A DNA stretch of 64,000 nucleotides, taken from positions 248,001-312,000 of the forward strand of contig CATNEN010000002.1 in assembly GCA_950097015.1 (NCBI GenBank). The letters are read 5' to 3'. Positions within the stretch are counted from its first letter, which is position 1, and each line of letters starts with the position of its first letter. Made by a program: the position numbers and the translations under genes. Below the pieces are notes generated by a model. The model had not been told where the DNA came from. It saw only the letters and a program-made list of their open reading frames with translations, and ran no database searches. This document shows, one piece after another, positions 54,392-64,000 of the stretch. The DNA comes from Macrostomum hystrix (taxonomy: Eukaryota; Animalia; Platyhelminthes).

Positions 54392-57300
54392 GTGTGTGTG
54401 CGTTAGCCATCCAGGGAGGTGCAGGGCCGCTTCCGGCTCCGGGGAAGACTGAAAGCAGCAGGCCCACGATGCTGCGAGGATTGGTCCAGAGAGGCCGATA
54501 TGGGGCCAGGTCGGTGGGGTGGACGCGGCAGGTGAAGAGCTGTGCGCGACGTTGTCTAGCTGGCGGCATCGTTGTATCTTGGGCAGGTGGTGTCGATTCT
54601 CGGGTCGATCTTGGCTTAGTAAGCTTGCATGGAGAATTAAGCCTCCAGCTGTGGCCAGAGCGGAGCTGAGCGAACGTGGCTCGGTCACGGCGCGGCAGGT
54701 GGAGCTCGGACTTTATCGACCTGTGGCGCAGGCCATGCAATTAGTTGTATAGGTGGTGCGCTTCTAGGGAGCTGGTCAGGTGCCGCTGGACGCAGGCAGA
54801 GTTCAGCGGCTTGATAGGGTGGGCGATGGCAGGTGCTGAGGTGATGGGTGGCGATAAAGATGGAGGCGATCGAGCTGTGACGGACGTCTGAGCGAATCCG
54901 CCGACGAGGCGCAGCTAGGTGCGGCGATGAGCGAATGATTAGGATGATTGCTGTCGAGAGGGTGTCTCAGGCCTGGGCAGCGAGGAACTCACAATGCAGT
55001 CTGACTGGTAGGATGCTATACTCGTCGTGGAGGTGCTGAACAGGCGCGCAGCTGTGTCAACCAGTGGCAATGCACAGAGCCGCGTTCTGAGTCGTTTGAA
55101 GCAGATTCCAGCTGGAGCCGCTGGAGGTGCGGGGTCCAAACTGAAGCGCAGTTATTGGCGTGAGGTGCAGTATAGCACTGGGGGAACCATCAAGCAGGAC
55201 CGGCCGGCAGGCGAGAACTCGTGGGTGATGCTCGTGAAAGTGAGTAAGCTCTGGCGGACGATTTATATATATTGGGTGATAAAACGAGAGGTATTTGCCT
55301 TTGAGGTAGGAGCAGATAGGTCGATGTATGTCTGAATGAGGGACGACAGAAGATGAACAAGATGAAAATATCTTCCGCATATTGTTGGAGCTGAACGTGT
55401 GGCGGTGGTTCAGGCAGGTCCGAGAGGTAGAAGGCGAAAAGCAACGGCGGATTGAGGGACACCCGCGCGGATCATGAAGGAGTTTGCATGACAGCGTACC
55501 TCGGAACTCGACTTTCGAGGACCTCACGTTGAGGTATAGATAGGCATAAAAGCCAACGGAAAAAGGTGCGCGGAAGGGTCGAATCTGGAGAAACGAATAG
55601 AGAAGTTTGCGGTGGTTGACGTAGTCAACTGCTTTTCATGATCCAGGGCTATCAGGAGCGTTCTGTCAGCCTGTTTTGGCTGACTGAGCCCACGGCTGAA
55701 TTCTTCGGAGATCCCGAGCAAGACGGAGCACGTGAAGCGCCCGGCGCGAAAACCATGTTACCACCAAGGGAGTGGCAGAGAGGTTTGGAACGCGCAAAGC
55801 AAGCTAGGCCGCCCTTTCGAGGATCTTCACGGCCGGCGATAGGATCGGAGATGGGCCGGTAGGAGGAGCCGAGGTTAGGCTCTTTGCCATGCTTCAGAAG
55901 GGGACGACCTTGGCCGAGGTCCAGGTAGACGGGAAGATAAAGGTGGTCAGCGTCAGGTAAAAAGGCAGCAGACGAAGCCGATTCCCCGGGGGCCGAGATG
56001 CTTCATGTGAAGCGCGCACAGCCCGTCCGGGCCTATGGTTTGTCGAGGGAGCGAAGACCTTAATAGCGTTGCCGACCTCTTCGTTCGATCCGGCGGTCGC
56101 AAAATTCTCTAGCCACGGGGCTTGCGTGTCTCTCGACGTAGGAGCCGATCATCACGGGTAGAAGGATACCGGATTTCGTTGAATTGTTTGACGGCTTTAG
56201 CGATTTCTTTGCGCTTACGGTTAAACGTGATGGAGCAGCTGGGGGGAGCTATACGCTTCCCTCAGAGGCCTTTTATAGGTACGCCAGAGTTCGCCAACGT
56301 TGTGGGTGAAGCTGAGAAGCTTTGTAGTTGCGTTGACCACTTTTTGCGGTTGCGCTTTGGAGCAGGTCTGATTGATTTGTTCCTGGAGGAGCTCGAGGCG
56401 CTCGAAGATAGCTATAAAGGGTCCAGAGTGCGAATTGGGTCACCTTCAGCGCAGAGAGAACGGGCCTTGAATGGGAAATCGGGCTTGAAATTACAATTAA
56501 GGATCCTGCCAGCGGGAATATAATGTTTAGCAGCATTAAGAATGATGGTGCAAAAGACCTTTTCACCGGCCGATTGCGCGGGTGAGTCGGTTCTTCTAAA
56601 AGCAGGAGGGCATTTTCGATCTCGGAACTGAAAGCGGGCCAGTTAGCCTTCTTGAAGTTAGTGAAAGTCCGACGTGGTGACGATTGGCTAGTGTAGGACT
56701 CAATCGTCTCGAGGCTGATCACAATCGGGAGGTGGTCGGAGCCTAGAGTCACCAGAGTTTCCCAGTCACACGCGAAGGATCTCGGAGGTCGCAAGGGGGA
56801 TGTCAGGTGACGTGCGCTGGCCCGTTTTAGGCAGCCGGGTGGGCGAGTCTTCTCTAAGCACCGTCAGATTTGACTGGAGTAGCTCTTCAGCGAGTTCCTC
56901 ACCTCTGTAATCGCGGCGATTGCAGAGTGCCAGAGGGAGCCTTGAAAAAGCCTTAGATCAGATGGGACTCGGATGCGCTCCGAAATAACTATCGATGCGA
57001 AAAACTAAGGTGCTAGGGCAGGATCTTGCCGGTGAAATGTAGATGTTGTGTAGAAAGACGACTACTCTTGCTCGAAGTGGATATGCGGGCGCTAAGAAGT
57101 TCGACAGGATCGTCGTCCGTGCTGGGATGAGACCGAGCTAGGCTGTAACGAGGCCTTGCATGAGAATGAGGATGCACAAGCCCCCGCACTTGTTCCTGTG
57201 TCTGTCGAGCCGAATGACTGCCAAGCCTTCGAGTTTGACGTGAGAGTTGGCGCGCAGTATTTTTCTTGGATGGCGGCAAATGTCGATCCGTTGCTGATGC

Positions 57301-58016
57301 AGGAAGGACTGAAGTTCAGCGATTTTGCCAGATGCCGTTGATCCATGCAGCTGAATGATAGTCTCAGGCATGGGGATTGAGAAGCAGCAGGCGGGGATGA
57401 AGCAGTGCCCAGGTGCGGTTGAAGGATAGGCTCGGCAGGTGATGACGGCGAAGATGCAGGAGGCTGATGAGCAGCTGGGAGATGACGCGTGAGGAAGACA
57501 GCGCAAATACTCTGTTTCAGATGACTGCAGCTCAGGCGAAGAGGCAGTTACACGCGTGGAGCGCTGCCGATCTGTTTGGTGTCACATGGGCAAAGGCGTT
57601 TTCGACTTGACCGAGCCGTTGAGCTGTTTGCGCAGCGGTAGCCAGCTGCGGTCCACTCGTGTGGAGGTTCCCGAGTTGACTGCTGCAGGTTCCGATGATG
57701 AATCAATAAAAGTCCACAGCCTCTACAATGAATCGAGGCGGTTGATTTTCTGATGTTCTTCTTGCAGATGCCACAGCACCATAATATTGGTCCTCGGTTC
57801 CGTTCGACGCCGGCGCGTGCAAGAAGGGTGCGTGGATCAGAGTTGCCGGCTTCCACGTACTGCATGATCCGGAAACTAAAAACGGGGCTCTCTTCCTGGC
57901 GAAGCTGGGAACCGGCCTGATGGCCGAATCCCTTCTTGGAGGTGTGTTATGCAGCTCTTGGCTGTTCGAAAAACTGGTAGGACCGCGACGGAGATGCGGC
58001 TGCAGTTTGGTCGCAA
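54392..58016 (-). mobile_element. Decayed APE-type non-LTR retrotransposon, Ingi/Vingi-like (2A-like peptide, PHD-like motif, APE, RT)
   Basis: Frameshifted fragments on the minus strand: LLARAGVERNRGP, CGICKK...CRGC..H, IIQLH...GKIAELQSFL...IDI, GSDHLPIVI, FTNFKKANW, PLLFAFYLSDLP...QYAEDI (YADD box), LPRRDRATFAQLRSGHSWRLNS...LWTNP. Short (CA)n tail; possible decayed TSD GACTCTTATA (54382-54391) / GACTCCAATA (58017-58026). Clade call is from motif recall. Confidence 0.85.
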
Positions 58017-59057
58017 GACTCCAATATAGTATAGTAGAGACTCCTATAGTGCACTCCTTGGCGAAGTGATGAAAGCCACTGTCTTTAAATCTCCATGAAA
58101 AATAATAGTTACAGCATGGTCTTTGCTTGATTTACCATAGGACTTTTTACTGCTTTTTGCAGCTCTATCTCTGCAATTATATTTTTTGCTGATCGAAAGA
58201 TAAAAAAATTAGAATTATTTTTTTACGATTAAACGTTTTAACAAAAGTATAAAACGTCTGTGCGATAAACAAATCTATTTTGAGAATCTGCATGCACAAA
58301 GGCTTCATTTTCTTTGTTCTTCTTAAAATTTGCGTTTGACTAAGAACAACTTTAAGTTTTAAGTGCAAAAAATTAATGCGAATTAGTTTGTTCGAACTCT
58401 AAAGTGTAAAGTCTGATTGTCAAATGTACAATAAGTCTTTTGAATTTAATACTAGGGCTTCGATATAACTGCAATATATATCAACCATGTTACATTTTTT
58501 ACGCTAGGAACATAGGTCATTTTTAGAAGCCTTCTAGTCTCTCATTTATGAGATTCGCCGTTTCTAAAGGATTTTTTAACGCCAGTTTTTGTGTTTAACA
58601 ATAGGGGGCCTAGCAATTCAAAAAATCGAAGCATAAAATTGCAAACATCGGCTGTATTTAGTTTCATTTTTTACTTGCGATCCGAAATCTGCGATTAGTA
58701 TAACCTGAAAAGCAAGTTTTCTCGACTTAACAGTTAGCTAAAAAGATTAGGCCTGGCAAACTAGTTTAGCCAGTTTATTTAGCTTCGCCTTCAACTGCTA
58801 AGCTATTGCTAGATATCTAAGGAGCATTTAGCTAACATTACATTTCGTTGAGTAAACTATAGGGCGCCTATATTATAATATAAGTTAACTGAGGTGAGAA
58901 TCAAGGCTTGATCCAAAACTAAGCAAATAAAAATCTAACTTAGACCTTAAAAAACAAAGCAAAGTAGCAATAAAGAAAAAAATAATTTGACAAGCTCCTA
59001 AACACCAAAGCAATTAGTCTTTGGATAATCATAATAAGCAGTTTCATCTTAAACTGA

Positions 59058-62000
59058 ATGTCAATGAAGATGTATCAGAACCGCCCACCTGTAAGTTTTT
59101 TATTTGTAATATCATATTACTACTATGTCATAGTTGATTGTTATTATTAGTATCATTTTTAATCTGGCTTGTTAACTGTGACATATTCTTGAATTAAGTT
59201 AGTAAAAGTTTAAAGTAGCTTTTGTATTGTATAATTATATATTATATATGTTAATGTAATTAAATTAATATTTAGGCCTATATCTAGCTAGAATTCATAT
59301 CTAATGTCTAATGAAAATATCTGTTTGTGTGACAATCATACATGTGCAACCTCCCAAATCTTAGCTGGCCGTGCGACTTAGTTTTTGCTCTATTTATGAC
59401 TTAGTTTGCTCTCATTTGCTCTCTTTTTCTCTCCCCTTTTTCCTTTTCTTCACGCCTTCATTTTTTTCCCTTGGTCCCCCCTTTGATTTTTTTGCGCTTG
59501 GTCAATCGGTTTTTGCGAATTACCTTGCTTGGCCCTAATTTCACCCAGCCGGGTCTGCCGGGTGTTGCGCATGTATAGTGACAATGCTAGCACAGTACCA
59601 TACAAATAACCCCTATTGGAATATCTGCAAAATTTGTGTTGTACATGATATAGATAGTCTTAAATATGCAACAAGCCCCCCAGTTTTACCAAGATATACA
59701 ACAAATATTACCTAGAACTAATAGAACTACACCTGGCAGGCTGCAAGCAGCCAGTTTTTGCCAGATGTACAGTCAAGGCACAGCCGCAGCGAGTGCGCGG
59801 CGCATCCGAGACTGTGTACGGCTGTCACAGAGTTACTGTGGGGGGTCGCCACTCCACCCTTTCTATTCCCCAGCTTGCGCTGGTACCCAATCACAGCTGG
59901 GTGAACTGGAGCAATACGTGGTTAAGTGCCTTGCTCAAGGAAACAGGTCGCCACCTGGTCCGGGAGTCGAACCATGGACCTTCAAGTCCTGAGTCTGACG
60001 CCCTAACCACTAGGCCACGGCTCCACTTACCTATTACCTAATAATATAACATAAAAATGTAAGAATAGTAATATGTAATAAGCAGTCCTCAAAGCTCAAA
60101 TATGATGTTCACAACAAAATGTATTTATTCCAACAGGGCCAATAACTTGCTGACTAATGTTATAATAACCTGGCAATAAATACTACTTACTGGCACAGAA
60201 ATCTTGACAGATAAGTACCTGCGACTGCATATTCTATATTAATGTTTAATCATCTAAGCAATGAGACAATTTAGAAAAAATATTTTTTCTTTAAAATTGT
60301 AATTAGAATAAATAATATATTTAAGCATTGTGAATGCCAATCTTTTGTTTACACAAAATGATTTTCATTTGCTTTAATCATTTCATTTATACTTCAATGA
60401 AAGACATCAAACTATATTATGAGTCAATCAAGTGGTACTTTTCAATTTGTTTTTATTTTATTAAATTTCTATTTTAAGTGTTTATGTCTTGTCAACATTT
60501 GGTAATATTTGTGCTTTGTAGTCATGACATTTATGTAGCAGATATATGAGCCTATCGGTCTAGTCTTCTTTGTTGATAAGTAGCCATTATTGGCATTGCA
60601 TTAATGGAAAATATGCTAGAGCCTATTGGTCTAGTCTTTGATGATTGAGCCAGTACGTGGGCATTATTGCTATGGTACTATAGTCTGCAAGACAGTAACA
60701 TTGTACTGTAGCAATACGTTTTGCTTATAATCCCATCTATATGTGCACCAAATGATTATTTTGCTATATAAATATTTTTTAAATCATGAGAGAATTAAAT
60801 GAAAACAGAATTTAACATTCTGCTTTATTAATACTTTTGTTTAAATGAACTAAAGCAGCCAGCCCTCCTTACAAAAAATTATGCAAGTGTTTTGAGTAAA
60901 AAGCCCTAACTTCTTACTCCTAAGTTGTAAGTTTTTAAGTGAATAATGAGTTCTAACTGATAGTAATTTTGCTACATTCTAGAATGCTATAACTCGAAAA
61001 ATATAAAAAAGTAATAGTTGAATCGATTGTATTGGACCTTGAAGTTTTAGTCTTAGTTTTTTAAGTCTAACATTGGAACAAGCATGAAATGACTATTTAA
61101 TTTGATATTAAAATAACTTTTGCAATAATAGTAACTGAAAGTTAAACAACAATTTTTGTTTCTGTACAAAATATAATACTGCTTGATTTTAGGCATACAT
61201 TATAGAACTATTTAGTAAACATAGTAAACACTTAAGGGCAGTTTCTATTTTCTTTAAAGCACTATAAATGTAGTAAAAAGGTATAAATGAGCCAATTATC
61301 TGGAACTTTTCAGAAAAAAAGACCTTTTGACATCATTCTTACTGATTTACTGCTTCTTATTGTTTTAATTTTAATAATCTTTACAAAAAGTAAAATTAAT
61401 CTCAGACCATATATTTTCTGACCATATCTTTGTATTTGTAGGTTGTATATATTTTTTTAGTTCATGCTTTTAAAGTACAGGAAAATAACTATTTAAAGCA
61501 ATAGTGTTGTGCATTATATTTAAATGCCAGCAATGTGAAAGCACTCAAGTTTAAAGTACTTCAGTATATGCAGCTGAAAAGGGTTGAAATAGCTAAGAAT
61601 TGGGTCGAAATTTGCATAACTTTGTCAGCATTCCCAATAAGCGCAATTAACAGCAGTTCACAGTACAAACTGTGTCGTATCTATTCTAATAATTCTGGAT
61701 GATTGAAATTTTGTAACAATCTTCAGAATAGAATTTATTTACTGCTACAACAATTAACACCTGAATCTCTCTGACTTTGCCCTACCCCGTGCAGCCTGGG
61801 CAACAGCAGTTCAAGTTCACAGTTGCTGAGCACCTCGACCGCATCAAGGAGGAGTTCGGCCTGATGAACTCGCAATGCCACAGTCTCAAAGTTGAATACG
61901 AGAAGTTACACCAGGAGAAGAACGAAATGCAGCGTCAGTGCGTCATGTACTATGAGATGTCCTACGGCCTGAATGTAGAAATGCACAAACAGACTGAGAT

Positions 62001-62779
62001 TGCCAAACGATTGAATGCCATATTGGCTCAGGTCATTCCGTTTCTGTCCCAGGAGCATCAGCAACAGGTGAGGACAGTCCGGTGAGGCGAGCTTGTGTAT
62101 TCTAGCGATTAGAGATTTAGCCTTCTGAACTGTTCGCCATTTGCAGGTCGTAGCCGCTGTTGAAAGAGCAAAGCAGGTCACAGTGCAGGAGCTCAATGCA
62201 ATCATTGCTCAGACTGAGGAGAGCAAGGCCTATCCGTTGAAGTTTCCCAATGGCGCCCTTGGCGGCGGCGGCGGTGGCGGCGGCGGCTCTTCTGGTCCGG
62301 GCGGCAGCGGCGGAGCGGGCCTACTGGGAGCCGGCGGTCCTCCGGCCGGCATTCCGCCGGACCAGATGGAATTCTACAAACAGTTGCAAGCGGCTCACAT
62401 GGCCGCTGCGGCTGCCGGAGCTCATCATCATCACCAGCAGCAGCAGCAGGGGCCGCAGCAGCAGCTGCCGCCTCACCTAGCAGCCGCGGCGGCCGCCGCA
62501 GCCGCCCACGGCCTGCCGCCGACGTCAATCGCTGCCAGCCTATTTGGCCTGGCCGCCTCCGGCATGCCGATGCCGCATCCGCTAGCCGCCGCCGCTGCTG
62601 CTGCTGCTGCGGCCGCTGCCGCCGCAAATTCTTCAGCTTCTTCGGCTGGTCAACAGATGGACCGAGGTGAGCTAGACTAGACTATTAATGCTTAACCTAT
62701 TCCAGCCTATTGATCCCGAATATATTGATAACTAATTCACTATTTTTCTCACTTAAACATTTCAGGCGATGACAGACAC
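59058..62779 (+). CDS. gro: Groucho/TLE transcriptional corepressor, 5' part (Q domain and GP-like region); WD40 exons not in window
   Basis: Exons 59058(or 59070)-59090 ([11 protein letters not shown]|gtaagt), 61795-62067, 62147-62666 and 62766-62779 are in phase. [16 protein letters not shown]...[24 protein letters not shown]...AVERAKQVT is the TLE Q domain. Confidence 0.93.
59762..60024 (-). mobile_element. Best-preserved copy of the tRNA/CORE-like SINE, in groucho intron 1
   Basis: GGAGCCGTGGCCTAGTGGTTAGGGCG...GGTTCGACTCCCG...TTCCTTGAGCAAGGCACTTAAC...CAGTTCACCCAGCTGTGATTGGGTACC. Confidence 0.88.
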
Positions 62780-63254
62780 GTGAGTTTGGCTTGTTGCTAT
62801 GTCTATACTGGTTTGATCTGGATCGATGTGGCTTATCTATTAATTTTATTGCTGCGCATATTAATCAATTTGATTAATATAAAATTATATTCTATTGTAA
62901 CTGTCTGTATTATATTTTGTTACTTTCCTAGCTTAAAATGAAACAACTCATCTGCTGACACATCCTTTGAAACGATTTATCTAAATTATTAAATTGCAGA
63001 GGGCCATTGTGTCTGCTTTATCCACTTAAAATGATTTTTTGCTTTTTTTTAACAAAACGGGAGCAGAGTTGCTGGGGTTGTTAAAAAATTTCTCAACTAT
63101 GTTATCCAATAGCTGTAAAAGTACAATGCCTTTGCAGTTTTTTTGTGCCATTGTTGCTCCAAATTCTGTTCGCTGTTTGTCTTCAGAGTTTTCAGCCGTT
63201 AACTGTTTAAGCAAATAATTGTACGGTAGTAGATTCCCGCTAAAAATTGAGATG

Positions 63255-63655
63255 TTTCTTTGGGTGATTCCAGTTGGAATCTGCGTTGTTTCCAGAAAAA
63301 GAAACAGCCGAACGCTGGAAACAGACCAATCGGATGATTCCATGTTTGGAATCTACCCAACTGGGCGGTTTCTCGGTGCTTCTTGGTCGCGAAATGGAAT
63401 CACCCAAAAAATCCTCCAGTTTGTGAGATTCCATGCTCAAAAACCGCCGAAGAATCGACCGTAAAGAATTCTTTGGTTGTTCCATGGGCCACTGGTTCGG
63501 GTGATTCTTCGGCGGTTTCCGCACAATTTACGATCACATCGGCTGCTTCCTGGGTGGTTTCTTCAACTCTTGCGAGATATGGGGGATTTTGGTAGATTCC
63601 ACTCCTATTTTGCACAAAAACCGGCCGAAGAAGCGGCCGAATTTTTTACAGGGCT
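63255..63655. repeat. Palindrome-rich segment with two 14-16 bp inverted repeats; possible non-autonomous DNA element
   Basis: TTTGGGTGATTCCA (63259-63272) / TGGAATCACCCAAA (63395-63408); AAACCGCCGAAGAATC (63441-63456) / GATTCTTCGGCGGTTT (63503-63518). Confidence 0.5.
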
Positions 63656-63961
63656 AGGATATACGGTTGTAACCTAGTGTCTTGAGCATTGTACATGCAA
63701 CTTAACGGTCTGTGGTTCGATTCCCGACTCCACTGCGATTGTTAATAACTTTTAGCAAGACACTTAGTTCTTCATTGCACCCTGCTGTTTATTGGGTATC
63801 AGCGTGGGATGAGAAATAATTAAGAGTGGGTGTGGCGCCCTCTCAGTCAATGTACTCAATAGCTGTACACAGGATTCAGATAGCTGCGGCTGTGCTGTCG
63901 GCTGCACATCTGACTCAATCGGGCAGGCGTAATTAATCAATCAATCAATCAATCAATCAAT
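63655..63961 (+). mobile_element. SINE copy ending in (CAAT)n
   Basis: GTAACCTAGTG...GGTTCGATTCCCG...TTTAGCAAGACACTTAG...GTGCTGTCGGCTGCACATCTGACTCAAT then (AATC)n. Confidence 0.82.
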
Positions 63962-64000
63962 TAGTTAGCCAATAAGGCTGTAGCCTTAGTTGCCTCTCAT

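Overview
Eukaryotic (metazoan invertebrate) genomic DNA with GC-rich exons, AT-rich introns and many minisatellite arrays. The style is compatible with a Macrostomum-type flatworm, but this is inference only. (1) Bases 1-20519 form a giant, imperfect inverted repeat. Arms are <=1-~5220 and ~14155-20519, each ending outward in a 32-bp satellite. Each arm carries a two-exon gene for a secreted neuropeptide-like precursor, and the two copies differ almost only by amino-acid-changing substitutions. The ~9-kb spacer holds satellites, tandem non-autonomous Helitron-like units, a hAT-type MITE and a degenerate spliced tyrosine-recombinase (Crypton-like) gene. (2) At 21207-21315 a minimal type I hammerhead ribozyme lies between tRNA-type A and B boxes and is followed by a T6 run. 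(3) A complete type I (DysF-containing, myoferlin/dysferlin-like) ferlin gene spans 22061-53812 on the minus strand: 27 phase-consistent exons, ~2030 aa, plus a candidate 12-nt microexon. Most large introns are filled by a different minisatellite, and several contain tRNA/CORE-type SINEs. (4) A decayed Ingi/Vingi-like non-LTR retrotransposon lies at ~54392-58016 (minus), with a 2A-like peptide, a PHD-like motif, APE and RT remnants and a possible 5' HDV-like ribozyme. (5) The 5' part of a groucho/TLE gene starts at 59058 (plus). All exon models were assembled by hand from splice signals and reading-frame continuity; no database searches were run.
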